Shown piece by piece: positions 37,858 through 51,279 of a stretch of 64,000 nucleotides of DNA (positions within the stretch are counted from its first letter, which is position 1; each line of letters begins with the position of its first letter). Source of the stretch: Carpediemonas membranifera BICM (Eukaryota; Protista; Fornicata); assembly GCA_019828565.1 (NCBI GenBank), contig JAHDYR010000053.1, positions 716,172 through 780,171 on the forward strand. Direction: 5' to 3'. Under the pieces are notes generated by a model. That model ran no database searches and had not been told where the DNA came from. It was given only the letters and a program-made list of their open reading frames with translations. Position numbers and translations under genes: made by a program.

Positions 37858-40800
37858 GTTTAATAGGTCGAAAACCTCCTTTCACGCTGCGTCCAGAGAC
37901 GTTCGCGCCTGTATTCCCGCGCCTGTGTCGACTTAGATGTGTCACCTGTGGGCATCCCTTGTTCGGCTCCTCCGGCTGCTCCCGCAGCCTCGTCGCCGGC
38001 CCCCTCGGCCTCTCCACACGCGAGATGAGATTCCAGCACAAATTATTCCCGCAGCCAGTCCTGCGCTGTGGCCCGCTCGAACTGCGTGACGTAATCCGAG
38101 TAGATCTGGACGTTGCCGTTCCAGATGCAGCGCATCACTTCCTGCTCCAGGAAGCGGCCGGCCCCCACACTCAGGCCGACCATCTTACACAATCTCACAC
38201 ACCAGGACTCGCCCTGGTCATCACTGCACGCTTCGCCAGTGATCTCGCAGGCGGCCGTCAGTAGCTCGGCTGACCAGTTGTGGTACTGCGCGGACTTGTC
38301 TGACTCGGCGTTGGCCTGATCCTTCGAGATCACCACGTCGATGATGATGGGCTCGTTGGCGACCCTGCCCGTGGGAGAGCGACGCAGCGGGACATAGACG
38401 TCGGCGCGAGCGTTACTCTGGTAGGCTGGGTCGGCCGAGTAGCCGCGGGTGCGACTGTTCAAGGCGAACTCCTTGCGGGCAAGCACGTCGTTACTCCACA
38501 GGAAGGAGCGCACGCAGTCACGAACTAGGTCATGACGCATGGTCCTGGCACCCTCCAGGAGCTTAGGACAGGACAACGTGTGCTGCCACGACACATTCGA
38601 GTTACCGCAGAGCGGGCAGCGGACGGTTGAGTCCGTCTCGAACGGTGGTGCGCCGAGGTGTGACCTCACCATGGTGGTGAAAAGGTCGCCACGGATCGGC
38701 GTCGCATAGGAGAGGGGGACAGGGCGGCTTCGGCCGCGAGAATCGGGGTCACCGGGGTCGACTCCACGATCGGGGCGACGGCTGCTGCATGGGCGCGAGA
38801 GATTTTTGTTAGGGTGCGCTGAAGGCCAGTCACGGGCTTGCCGTAGAGCTGGTCCATCCCACGAGGCCAGTCGATGGAGGTGTCGTTGGCGGCGAAGGTT
38901 GATTCGTCGGGGGTTCTGTCCCAGCCCACATCGTGCAGTTGGGCGGTTGCGGCTAGGTAAGCTGCGTCCCAGGTCATGCTCGGGGTGGGCAGGCGGAGGC
39001 CGTTATCGGAGAAATCGAGGCCGAGCCGGAGTGAGTTGTACTTCTCAGGGTCTAGGAGAAGAATTCTCGCAATCGCCGGCGTCAGGACGTTGGACTCGAA
39101 GTTTCGTATGGTCTCACGGTGTTGGGCTGGATCGATAGATCTCATCAAAAATGAAAGCTTCGGCAGAATACACGAACGGATAAGATTCAGAGCAACGGAC
39201 GTCCCATCCGTTCCAATGTCTTCAACCATCGACACCACACTAAGCAACATCTGTTTCTGCTCGTCTAGCTTCGTCATGAGCTGCATCCGTTCCGCTTCGA
39301 TGCCGCCAATGGGAATTCCCACGATTACTCCAGTTGGCGAGCACGTAACGCGAACAGTACGTGCATTCTGCGGCGCGGATGCACAAATCCACTGGCATTT
39401 AGCCGGTTTCATTGTTACGCCAATTTGTCGGAAAGCTTCACAAGCTCCATCGAAAAAAGCCCTGGATGGCGCCGCTAGTCGTCCCCGGGGGGCAATCCAT
39501 GTGACGTCGTCCTGGTAGGCAACCCACTCGCCGCCCCATTTCGTCTTCAGCGTGTCGATGATTGGCCGCATGGCCAGCGTGAACAGAATGGGGGACAGTG
39601 GGTCTCCTTGAGCGATGCCCTCTAGGGACTCGACGACGCGGCCGGACGGCAGAACCAGCCTTCCATTGCCATATACGGCGTCAAAGTACGGGATCGCAAC
39701 AGGGCAGGCCGCGGCGGCTGTGGACCTCAACAATTTGCGGGGCATGGTGCCGTACGCATTGCTGAGATCAACGGCGCAGATGCTTTGGCCACGGGAATAC
39801 GCTTCTTGCAGGCGCAGACCCATAACTTCTGTGCCGCACGACTCACCCCGCCCGTACTGATCATCGAGGAGAGGGTCATCCGCGAGGGACGCGGTAACCG
39901 CCTTGGCTAGTAGCTTGGCTGCTACTCGACGAAGGGCCTCTCCCATGGCGATGGGCCGGACCTCGTCGGGTTTGCCAGGCTTGGGCAGTGGGACGAGGCG
40001 GGAGTGGGCCAGAACGTTTGTGTACGGGACGCCTTCGGCCACATCGACAAGTAGTGGCTTCAGGGCAAGGGCGAAGGCTTCTGGCTTGTGTCTAGCGGCG
40101 AGCTTCAAGTGGAGGAAGCTCATGCCCGACGGACCGGGAGCCGAGTCGGCCGGAAGACTGCTCAGGACATCGATGATGTCCCGAGTTTCGAACTCTACCG
40201 AGGTGAGCGGGGCGAGGGGATGGCGGATTGGGAGGTCATCAAGACTGCCTTGGAAGGGGTCAGCTTGCATCCGAACCATCTTCTCCTCTGCTTCGGCTGG
40301 GGTCATCTGCAGTTCTTCCGAGACCAGGGCACTCATGGACTTGCTGTAGTACCCTCGTCTGGCGTGCTGGTAGGCGAGTCGGCTTCTCGACGTGCTTTCC
40401 ACCTGATTATGGCGGGTCCTCCGGGGGCGAAGTGCTGTTTGTGGGTGCAGCATCACGTCGATGAGACGATCGCGCTTGTCCTCATCTCTGGCTGCCGCGC
40501 AGGCGGTGACCTTTTCGATGAGGGCACGGACATAACCCTTGGTTCCCCTCCGCGTCGGTCGGCTGCGGCCGATGCGAGCCACGTCGGCGGGGTCTGGAAG
40601 GAACCCAAGAGGTCTTGTAGGCGCTCGGGTCTGCCTATTGTTGGTGGCCTGTGTTGCAGGGTGCGCCAATATAGCAGGGAGCGGCAGCCCCAGAGCGATG
40701 TGCGCTGCGGCCGCAACACGGCGTGAGCCATGTTTGGCCACAATCCCGTTCGACGGGAACCGGCGCGAGAAGTGGGGGGGCAGGGTTAGGCCGCCTGCGG

Positions 40801-41820
40801 CACGCAGGAGACACGTCTCAATCTCGATGGCTTGCGCCTTCGTGAGGTGCCTCCTGCGCTCCGTCCCCATGGCTCGCTCGAGCGCGGGGGGCGAGAGAAG
40901 CGTCTGGCGGACTGTGTCGGCATCACGCCAGAGCTCTTCCCGCAGGTCCGGGTGGATGGCGTCCCGTAGGTCACGAGCGAAGGCTGCGATAGCCTGGTTC
41001 ACTCGGACCGTTGGTACGTCCATCCCCCGGTGGTTGGTGTCAGCCACGCTTTGGCCGCCAGGCATGGGAGCGGGTGCCCCGTTATGTCTAGGCTGGACAT
41101 TCGTGGGCCGACTGGTCTCCTCGCTGTTGTTGGGTCTAGGCACGATGCCTGTCTCCTGTGACTGGGCGGGGGTGGGTGGTCCTGAGCCGAGAGGTGGACT
41201 TATCGGGGGTATAAGCTCCGCGATCATCATCTCCTCCCTCTCGATTTGCGTTCCTGATGTTTGTTGGGCTGACGCAACGGGTCCGTTGTCAATCTCATCG
41301 ATGGTGGAGAGCCGTGGGCATCCCGCCGCCCGTAGTTGCTCTAGTAGAGCCCTGCGGCGGCCTAGGGATAGTGTATGGTCACGGCCCTCTGTGTCTATAC
41401 GGATTCGCGAGTCCATTCGGTGCATCAGGAATTGGACGGGATGCGGCGGTAGGTTCCTGATCAACTGGATTGAGCTTAGTACTTGGTGTAATCTCTGCTT
41501 GAAGTCTCGGTTTGAGGGCCTCTGGATCACTGGGAAGAGCGGACTCACAGTGGCAATGAGTTCTTCGGAGACTCTCTTGGTGAAGCGCTCGGGACGTCCT
41601 CTATCTTGAATGAACAGCTTTTTCACAAGCTCTACATCGTTAAAGAGGCGGCGGACTTTCTGGTACGAGGACCAGTGTTCGGCAAAGAGAGATTTTGGTA
41701 CATGCTTACCAAACAGAATGCGCACGGCGTCGAAGATCTGGGAAACAGGATCTTCGAGCTGGATAGTTCCTTCAGTCCCGCTCAGAAGCCGCTCCACGAC
41801 TTCTTTGCTGACAAAGACTG
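37844..41820 (-). mobile_element. CRE-like RLE non-LTR retrotransposon, copy 1 (unit 3977 bp, includes the 14-nt tRNA junction)
   Basis: RT motifs SAPGPSG, RPIAMGEALRR, DLSNAY, GIAQGDPLSP, AYQDD. CCHC knuckle CPLC...HTLSC, RHD, RADV...IDV...DK..Y endonuclease. Abuts tRNA-His. Confidence 0.93.
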
Positions 41821-41830
41821 AGACTACCAT
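38043..41830 (-). CDS. Retrotransposon RT-ZnK-RLE polyprotein (one net frameshift in a C run near 38715)
   Basis: ORFs 38666-41830 and 38043-38672. Copy 3 has one extra G in this run and reads through in frame (LSPLSYATPIRGDLFTTMVRSH). Confidence 0.88.
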
Positions 41831-44800
41831 CGCCGTTTAATAGGTCGAAAACCTCCTTTCACGCTGCGTCCAGAGACGTTCGCGCCTGTATTCCCGCGCC
41901 TGTGTCGACTTAGATGTGTCACCTGTGGGCATCCCTTGTTCGGCTCCTCCGGCTGCTCCCGCAGCCTCGTCGCCGGCCCCCTCGGCCTCTCCACACGCGA
42001 GATGAGATTCCAGCACAAATTATTCCCGCAGCCAGTCCTGCGCTGTGGCCCGCTCGAACTGCGTGACGTAATCCGAGTAGATCTGGACGTTGCCGTTCCA
42101 GATGCAGCGCATCACTTCCTGCTCCAGGAAGCGGCCGGCCCCCACACTCAGGCCGACCATCTTACACAATCTCACACACCAGGACTCGCCCTGGTCATCA
42201 CTGCACGCTTCGCCAGTGATCTCGCAGGCGGCCGTCAGTAGCTCGGCTGACCAGTTGTGGTACTGCGCGGACTTGTCTGACTCGGCGTTGGCCTGATCCT
42301 TCGAGATCACCACGTCGATGATGATGGGCTCGTTGGCGACCCTGCCCGTGGGAGAGCGACGCAGCGGGACATAGACGTCGGCGCGAGCGTTACTCTGGTA
42401 GGCTGGGTCGGCCGAGTAGCCGCGGGTGCGACTGTTCAAGGCGAACTCCTTGCGGGCAAGCACGTCGTTACTCCACAGGAAGGAGCGCACGCAGTCACGA
42501 ACTAGGTCATGACGCATGGTCCTGGCACCCTCCAGGAGCTTAGGACAGGACAACGTGTGCTGCCACGACACATTCGAGTTACCGCAGAGCGGGCAGCGGA
42601 CGGTTGAGTCCGTCTCGAACGGTGGTGCGCCGAGGTGTGACCTCACCATGGTGGTGAAAAGGTCGCCACGGATCGGCGTCGCATAGGAGAGGGGGACAGG
42701 GCGGCTTCGGCCGCGAGAATCGGGGTCACCGGGGTCGACTCCACGATCGGGGCGACGGCTGCTGCATGGGCGCGAGAGATTTTTGTTAGGGTGCGCTGAA
42801 GGCCAGTCACGGGCTTGCCGTAGAGCTGGTCCATCCCACGAGGCCAGTCGATGGAGGTGTCGTTGGCGGCGAAGGTTGATTCGTCGGGGGTTCTGTCCCA
42901 GCCCACATCGTGCAGTTGGGCGGTTGCGGCTAGGTAAGCTGCGTCCCAGGTCATGCTCGGGGTGGGCAGGCGGAGGCCGTTATCGGAGAAATCGAGGCCG
43001 AGCCGGAGTGAGTTGTACTTCTCAGGGTCTAGGAGAAGAATTCTCGCAATCGCCGGCGTCAGGACGTTGGACTCGAAGTTTCGTATGGTCTCACGGTGTT
43101 GGGCTGGATCGACAGATCTCATCAAAAATGAAAGCTTCGGCAGAATACACGAACGGATAAGATTCAGAGCAACGGACGTCCCATCCGTTCCAATGTCTTC
43201 AACCATCGACACCACACTAAGCAACATCTGTTTCTGCTCGTCTAGCTTCGTCATGAGCTGCATCCGTTCCGCTTCGATGCCGCCAATGGGAATTCCCACG
43301 ATTACTCCAGTTGGCGAGCACGTAACGCGAACAGTACGTGCATTCTGCGGCGCGGATGCACAAATCCACTGGCATTTAGCCGGTTTCATTGTTACGCCAA
43401 TTTGTCGGAAAGCTTCACAAGCTCCATCGAAAAAGCCCTGGATGGCGCCGCTAGTCGTCCCCGGGGGGGCAATCCATGTGACGTCGTCCTGGTAGGCAAC
43501 CCACTCGCCGCCCCATTTCGTCTTCAGCGTGTCGATGATTGGCCGCATGGCCAGCGTGAACAGAATGGGGGACAGTGGGTCTCCTTGAGCGATGCCCTCT
43601 AGGGACTCGACGACGCGGCCGGACGGCAGAACCAGCCTTCCATTGCCATATACGGCGTCAAAGTACGGGATCGCAACAGGGCAGGCCGCGGCGGCTGTGG
43701 ACCTCAACAATTTGCGGGGCATGGTGCCGTACGCATTGCTGAGATCAACGGCGCAGATGCTTTGGCCACGGGAATACGCTTCTTGCAGGCGCAGACCCAT
43801 AACTTCTGTGCCGCACGACTCACCCCGCCCGTACTGGTCATCGAGGAGAGGGTCATCCGCGAGGGACGCGGTAACCGCCTTGGCTAGTAGCTTGGCTGCT
43901 ACTCGACGAAGGGCCTCTCCCATGGCGATGGGCCGGACCTCGTCGGGTTTGCCAGGCTTGGGCAGTGGGACGAGGCGGGAGTGGGCCAGAACGTTTGTGT
44001 ACGGGACGCCTTCGGCCACATCGACAAGTAGTGGCTTCAGGGCAAGGGCGAAGGCTTCTGGCTTGTGTCTAGCGGCGAGCTTCAAGTGGAGGAAGCTCAT
44101 GCCCGACGGACCGGGAGCCGAGTCGGCCGGAAGACTGCTCAGGACATCGATGATGTCCCGAGTTTCGAACTCTACCGAGGTGAGCGGGGCGAGGGGATGG
44201 CGGATTGGGAGGTCATCAAGACTGCCTTGGAAGGGGTCAGCTTGCATCCGAACCATCTTCTCCTCTGCTTCGGCTGGGGTCATCTGCAGTTCTTCCGAGA
44301 CCAGGGCACTCATGGACTTGCTGTAGTACCCTCGTCTGGCGTGCTGGTAGGCGAGTCGGCTTCTCGACGTGCTTCCCACCTGATTATGGCGGGTCCTCCG
44401 GGGGCGAAGTGCTGTTTGTGGGTGCAGCATCACGTCGATGAGACGATCGCGCTTGTCCTCATCTCTGGCTGCCGCGCAGGCGGTGACCTTTTCGATGAGG
44501 GCACGGACATAACCCTTGGTTCCCCTCCGCGTCGGTCGGCTGCGGCCGATGCGAGCCACGTCAGCGGGGTCTGGAAGGAACCCAAGAGGTCTTGTAGGCG
44601 CTCGGGTCTGCCTATTGTTGGTGGCCTGTGTTGCAGGGTGCGCCAATATAGCAGGGAGCGGCAGCCCCAGAGCGATGTGCGCTGCGGCCGCAACACGGCG
44701 TGAGCCATGTTTGGCCACAATCCCGTTCGACGGGAACCGGCGCGAGAAGTGGGGGGGCAGGGTTAGGCCGCCTGCGGCACGCAGGAGACACGTCTCAATC

Positions 44801-45798
44801 TCGATGGCTTGCGCCTTCGTGAGGTGCCTCCTGCGCTCCGTCCCCATGGCTCGCTCGAGCGCGGGGGGCGAGAGAAGCGTCTGGCGGACTGTGTCGGCAT
44901 CACGCCAGAGCTCTTCCCGCAGGTCCGGGTGGATGGCGTCCCGTAGGTCACGAGCGAAGGCTGCGATTGCCTGGTTCACTTGGACCGTTGGTACGTCCAT
45001 CCCCCGGTGGTTGGTGTCAGCCACGCTTTGGCCGCCAGGCATGGGAGCGGGTGCCCCGTTATGTCTAGGCTGGACATTCGTGGGCCGACTGGTCTCCCTC
45101 GCTGTCGGTAGGTCTAGGCACGATGCCTGTCTCCTGTGACTGGGCGGGGGTGGGTGGTCCTGAGCCGAGAGGTGGACTTATCGGGGGTATAAGCTCCGCG
45201 ATCATCATCTCCTCCCTCTCGATTTGCGTTCCTGATGTTTGGTGGGCTGACGCAACGGGTCCGTTGTCAATCTCATCGATGGTGGAGAGCCGTGGGCATC
45301 CCGCCGCCCGTAGTTGCTCTAGTAGAGCCCTGCGGCGGCCTAGGGATAGCGTATGGTCACGGCCCTCTGTGTCTATACGGATTCGCGAGTCCATTCGGTG
45401 CATCAGGAATTGGACGGGATGCGGCGGTAGGTTCCTGATCAACTGGATTGAGCTTAGTACTTGGTGTAATCTCTGCTTGAAGTCTCGGTTTGAGGGCCTC
45501 TGGATCACTGGGAAGAGCGGACTCACAGTGGCAATGAGTTCTTCGGAAACTCTCTTGGTGAAGCGCTCGGGACGTCCTCTATCTTGAATGAACAGCTTTT
45601 TCACAAGCTCTACATCGTTAAAGAGGCGGCGGACTTTCTGGTACGAGGACCAGTGTTCGGCAAAGAGAGATTTTGGTACATGCTTACCAAACAGAATGCG
45701 CACGGCGTCGAAGATCTGGGAAACAGGATCTTCGAGCTGGATAGTTCCTTCAGTCCCGCTCAGAAGCCGCTCCACGACTTCTTTGCTGACAAAGACTG
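41821..45798 (-). mobile_element. CRE-like retrotransposon, copy 2
   Basis: Near-identical tandem copy starting at junction agactaccatcgcc. Confidence 0.93.
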
Positions 45799-46582
45799 AG
45801 ACTACCATCGCCGTTTAATAGGTCGAAAACCTCCTTTCACGCTGCGTCCAGAGACGTTCGCGCCTGTATTCCCGCGCCTGTGTCGACTTAGATGTGTCAC
45901 CTGTGGGCATCCCTTGTTCGGCTCCTCCGGCTGCTCCCGCAGCCTCGTCGCCGGCCCCCTCGGCCTTTCCACACGCGAGATGAGATTCCAGCACAAATTA
46001 TTCCCGCAGCCAGTCCTGCGCTGTGGCCCGCTCGAACTGCGTGACGTAATCCGAGTAGATCTGGACGTTGCCGTTCCAGATGCAGCGCATCACTTCCTGC
46101 TCCAGGAAGCGGCCGGCCCCCACACTCAGGCCGACCATCTTACACAATCTCACACACCAGGACTCGCCCTGGTCATCACTGCACGCTTCGCCAGTGATCT
46201 CGCAGGCGGCCGTCAGTAGCTCGGCTGACCAGTTGTGGTACTGCGCGGACTTGTCTGACTCGGCGTTGGCCTGATCCTTCGAGATCACCACGTCGATGAT
46301 GATGGGCTCGTTGGCGACCCTGCCCGTGGGAGAGCGACGCAGCGGGACATAGACGTCGGCGCGAGCGTTACTCTGGTAGGCTGGGTCGGCCGAGTAGCCG
46401 CGGGTGCGACTGTTCAAGGCGAACTCCTTGCGGGCAAGCACGTCGTTACTCCACAGGAAGGAGCGCACGCAGTCACGAACTAGGTCATGACGCATGGTCC
46501 TGGCACCCTCCAGGAGCTTAGGACAGGACAACGTGTGCTGCCACGACACATTCGAGTTACCGCAGAGCGGGCAGCGGACGGT

Positions 46583-46600
46583 TGAGTCCGTCTCGAACGG
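46583..46600 (+). repeat. 18-bp target site duplication of the nested LINE (other copy 53841-53858)
   Basis: Exact duplication of a sequence present once in the uninterrupted copies. Confidence 0.95.
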
Positions 46601-46992
46601 AGAAAGAAAAGAAAGAAATTTATGGTGCTTGGATTCTGACCCCGGACTGAGCTTGTTTCCCGTTGTCTTGGAGCTGAGTGCCCCGGGGTACTGCCTATTT
46701 CCCGTGGCAAACTGGTCAGCAGCGTTTGCCTTGGGCTTTCGGTGCTACTGTCTCCGCGGAAAGCCGATTCCAATCGCCCCAGAGGCCCTGCGGCCATCTC
46801 CGTGCAAATATGCTTTCCTGTCTCCCTGAAAGTCCGGCAACTATCCGGGGAGCCTGGGGGTCTGTCCTCGGGGCATTGACAGGCAGGATCGTCCTGCAGG
46901 ACCTTGACTATGACACTCCTTGCTTCCCTGCAGTCCTTGTAGAGCCGTTCAGCCACGGCACCCTCTCGTCTGTCCGGTTCCCCAATTCCATG
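46601..46992 (-). CDS. Possible small ORF3 at the LINE 3' end
   Basis: Open frame ERLYKDCREARSVIVKVLQDDPACQC... downstream of ORF2, after a GC-rich spacer. Tentative. Confidence 0.3.
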
Positions 46993-47288
46993 CCCCCTCG
47001 ACTCTGTTAAGAAGCCTACCCGAAGGCGGGGAAAGTGACTAAGTCCATGCTGTCTACCCCGGTTAGGTGGCGTGGGTCAGGGCATGGGTGGTGTACCCCC
47101 AGGCACTAGGCCTGGTTGTCCTGTTACCCCTTACAACATTTCGCTTGCACTACATGTCCTTGGTTTCCCATGTCGTTAACAAGGGCGGCAGGGGCACCTG
47201 TGCCCCTCCGACCCCCGTGGCCAGTCCCTGCAGTTTCCTTGGGGTCCCAACGAGTGGTGCAACCATATGAATATGGATTTCCTTGACC

Positions 47289-50200
47289 TTATCCTTGCTC
47301 TGTCCTTGTTGCATGTCCTTTCTTTCTTATTTCTGGTCTGTCCTTCCTGTTATTTCCTTGCAGTCGTTCCTTCCCTTGCTTTGGTTCCTGGCTACCGGGA
47401 TACGTGGGGCCTTTCCTCACTGATCCCAGGAGCTTAGCACCCAGCGAGGGTGGTCCATGGCTGATTCCTTGTCCATCCCTTCCCGGTCCTGGAGTCAGGG
47501 GTTCATGACATGCTTCTATTCCACCTTGAAGCTGTTGTAAACCTTTGCCAGTTCCCGTAGTCCTGCCGTGAGGCCTTCCCAAATGTCCTCCGAGCCCCAT
47601 ATTATTAGTTGCTGTAATTCTAGGATGGGTCTTTCCTGGTACCATTCGCCCTGGGGGCCCTGCCTTACTTCCAAGTCCTTAGTTTTTGTGCTTCGCTGCT
47701 GTCCACAGCTTTGTCCAAGCTTCTCCCCTGTCTACTGCCGGGCATTCACAGATTATGTGCGCTGCCGATCCTAGCCTCTGGCCCTCTGCCCACTCCCCTG
47801 ATCATTTCCTGCTTCCTTGCTGGTCCTGGCTTTTCCCTAATGATCCTGTAGAACAGGCTCACCTCCGACTCCTCCGAGCATAGGGGGCATAGTCTGCTAA
47901 TTTCTCTCTTCAGGTCAGCGCCTTGGGCCAGCTCTGTGATGGCTCTCATAGGGCCCTCCCTCTCTCTGCCGACGATGGGGATGGGCTGACATTGGCTGCA
48001 ATGGATACAATTCTCTTCCATTCCGCCCTGCTTTGCCCCTTCCCAGCCTTTCGGTCTACCGTAGGCTTACCTTGCAGACACTTGCTTAATTTCCTTGTCC
48101 CCATGATTTCCATTAGTCCTAGTGCCGTACGGCTTTTGCACCGCTTCATCCACCCCCTCCCTGATCGTTTCCATGCCATAATCCAGTAGCGCTGGTTTAG
48201 GGGCTCCCTCTCTGGTGCCCTCCAGTAGATGCTGCACTCTCTCCCTAGCTTCCCACATAACCGTGCCCCGCCCCCATTCTCTGTTTCTGACTGGTATATC
48301 CTGGTCCCTGTAGTTGACTATCCTTTTGACTGCCAGCCATTCCATGTGTGCCTGGAGGTCCACCCATCCATTCATCAGCCTCATGGCTGCGCCCCCTCCC
48401 GGTCCTGTTCCTGCCATGATTCCCTGCCAGTCATTCCAGATCCTTCTACCTCCCGGTGCGTTCCCCCACACCTCGACTCCGAAGAGGATCCTGGGCCATA
48501 TATATATTTCCAGTAGTAGCCTGCTCGCTAGTGCTGGCATGTTTGCCCTGGTCCACCCTGCCCATCTCACCAGTCTCTTGTACCTTTCGCTCTGCTCCTG
48601 TTTCCGCCTTATGCAGGCCGACATAGGGTCCTTCCCACTTGCGATCCATAATCCCAGGTATCTCGCCTCCTTCTCTGGCAGTAGTGTTACCCCCTCGATC
48701 CTGACTAGGGCTGTTCTGTCCACGCTAATCATTACATTCTTCTGGGCGTTCACCCTCATTTCATGCTCTCTGATTATGTCCACCATTATGTTGGCGACCA
48801 TCTGGCTATGCTCCGGTTTGCTCCCTGTGACCGCAGTGTCATCCACAAACATGGTAAGTGCTGCCGGTAGTCGGTCGCTGAGGTGGCTCGTGGTCCTTGG
48901 CGGTTCTCTGATGTCGTACCGTTCTCCCTTGATTTTCTTTCTGGCCAGGTGGGGCCAGTTAGCCATGAACAGCACAAACAATGTCGGTGCCAGGACGCAC
49001 CCTTGCTTAACTCCCCTGTTGGTTCTTTCCCATGCCTTTGCCCCCTTGACTGATATCCAGGTTTCCTTTATTGTGCCTTGAATTGCCCTGATCAAGTGCT
49101 CCTCCACCCCCATACCCTGTAGCTTATCCATGAGAATGTCCCTTGGTACCGTGTCATATGCCTTCTCGATGTCCAGAAAGATTGACGTGGTCTCACCCCC
49201 TCCTGGTGCCGCTGCACAATGTACTGTATCTGCTGGATGACGTCCCTGTCTGACTGGAAACCAGCCTGTTCTCTTGGTATGAACCTTTTCGTTGCTGCTT
49301 CCAGACGTATCTTGAGCAATCTACCATAGACCCTGTACAGCAGTGGTGTCAAGGATATTGGTCTATATGATTCCGGCTTGACCCTTGGCTTCCCCTGTCT
49401 TGTGTATGGCCGACACTGTGGCATACTTCCATGCTTTGGGTACGTCGCCCTCCCTGTAGACCCTGTTGATGAGCCTCGTCACTTCCCTAAGGCCTTTCTC
49501 ATCCAGCTCTCTCAGCATGTCTCCAGATGTGAGGTCAGGCCCTGGTGCGGTGTCCCTCCTGATCCTTTTGATTGCGGCTTTGACCTCGCTTTCCTTGAAC
49601 TCATTTCCGTCCCTGCCCCTCCATGTCTTCCAGGTGGGTTCCCTGCCTCTGCTGACTCTAGCATACTGTTGCAAGAGGATCTCGCTGATGGCCGCCTTGT
49701 CCGTGGTTATCACTCCGTCCTTGAGGAGGCTCTCCGGCATTCCCTTGTATTGGTTGTCACACCTCCACCTTCTGATGGCAGCTTCCACTGAGGCCCTTGA
49801 GGCCCTATACCCCCTTTTGCACTTCTGCTGATGTCGGCCACCCATTTGGCCCTGCGCTCTCCCCAGTATTTCTCCAGCTCCTCTTTCATCCTTTCCTTCC
49901 TGGTCCTGTTGCCTATTTCTGTCCATGGGGTTCGCTGGAGTTCGCTCCACACTCCGTTCCCGAACACTTTGTCCCTTGCCTTTGCTCCCCTGTTGTTCAC
50001 TGGGTCGCCCATGCATGCTCTTATAGTCTCTTCCCATTGGTCCGAGCTCTTGATCCTGTTCAGCTTTGAGACTGTGACTGGCCCCTCCTTCTTTTCATGG
50101 GCCAGGTGTGCACCTCGGGTATGGCCAGAGCCACGTCTCGCTCACTTCTGCCATAGTACCGTTGTTCCTTCCATGCTAGTGTGATTCCATTGTGTGCTGA

Positions 50201-50959
50201 GCCCCATACCCCGACCTTCTGAGACTCTACCACCTCAATCTCCGCCCCCTGGATTCCTGGTGTTGTCACTGCAAAGTCCGGGGTTGATGTTCCTGATGTG
50301 AGCGTCCCAGACTTGGGTATGATGGCTTTGAGCCTGTGCTTCTCCATCATATCCTTCCACCGGGTGGATCTTTCCATCTGGCCTGGGTCGATGTTCCAGT
50401 CTCCCATAATTATGGCCTCCATGCTCCCTTTCATGTCCATGATCTTCTGTATAGTGTCCCTGAATCCATCCTTCTCCTGCTTGCTGTGGCCGGATGGAGG
50501 GCCATACACGTTGATGACTAGTATGTCCCTGCCGGTTCTCATTATGCTGGCTTGCACTCTTCCCGATAGGCTGTCCGTTATGCCGATGTCCCACTTTGCA
50601 GTTGCGTGTGGGCTCACTATCGTGCCGATGCCTTCCCTTGTTCCCTTCCATCTTGGCGCAGGTTCGTCATTGCCTGCTATGCCTAGTTGTCGGTTGATGC
50701 GGTGCTGACTTTTGACATCCGCCTTTCGTTTTTCGTTGGCTAAGACCAGGTCCTCTTCCGTCTCCCTCCCTGCTAGTGCGTAGTCAAGGTCCATGAAGCA
50801 ATGAACCCTCGTATTCGCCGTTCTCCATGTCTCTTGTATGAGTACTGCCTCTATGTCCTTCAACCTTAGCTGAATCGCCGTTGCCATAGACGCCGTGAAG
50901 TCCTTTCCTCTTCCTATGTGTCCCTCTGTGTTCAGACTAAGTATCTTGTAGGTTACCAT
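47289..50959 (-). CDS. LINE ORF2: APE endonuclease + reverse transcriptase + CCHC finger (several frameshifts)
   Basis: ILSLNTEG, LIQETW, INVYGP, MGDWN, SAH; APGPD, YRPISLT, QAGF, DIEKAYD, GVKQGCVLAPTLF, FVDD; CPLC...HIICEC. Confidence 0.88.
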
Positions 50960-51279
50960 TGCCTTTGTCCTGTTTCCTTATCCTGCGAATTCCCAGAATT
51001 TGGGAGCCCCAGCTTCCCGCTCCTCTCCTGCTATCCTTGTCCTAACAAGGGGCCTAGATGCCGGTCTCGGTGACCCTTGTCAGGCCAACCTTGTTACCAC
51101 CTGGTGACCTTCCATTCTTCGGGCAGGGTACTTAGGAGGGGGACGATATGACGTGACCCCCCTTTGGCTGCCGCTACAGCCTACCGGCAGTGCATTTCAG
51201 CTAATGCCGGGCCCTGGGTGGGAGCCAGGGCTTGTGAATTATAAAGAAAATGTTGCTTGTTCCTTGAAAGAATACTGCT

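Noticed and set aside
38700-38725. Programmed frameshift between RT and RLE domains (seen in four of five copies)
   Set aside because: It lies in a G5/G6 homopolymer, copy 3 is in frame, there is no canonical slippery heptamer, and similar homopolymer indels occur throughout. Most likely a long-read consensus error, though raw reads should be checked.
50960-51279. Group I intron, hammerhead or HDV ribozyme call
   Set aside because: The required core consensus sequences were not found by eye. Kept only as an unassigned structured region.
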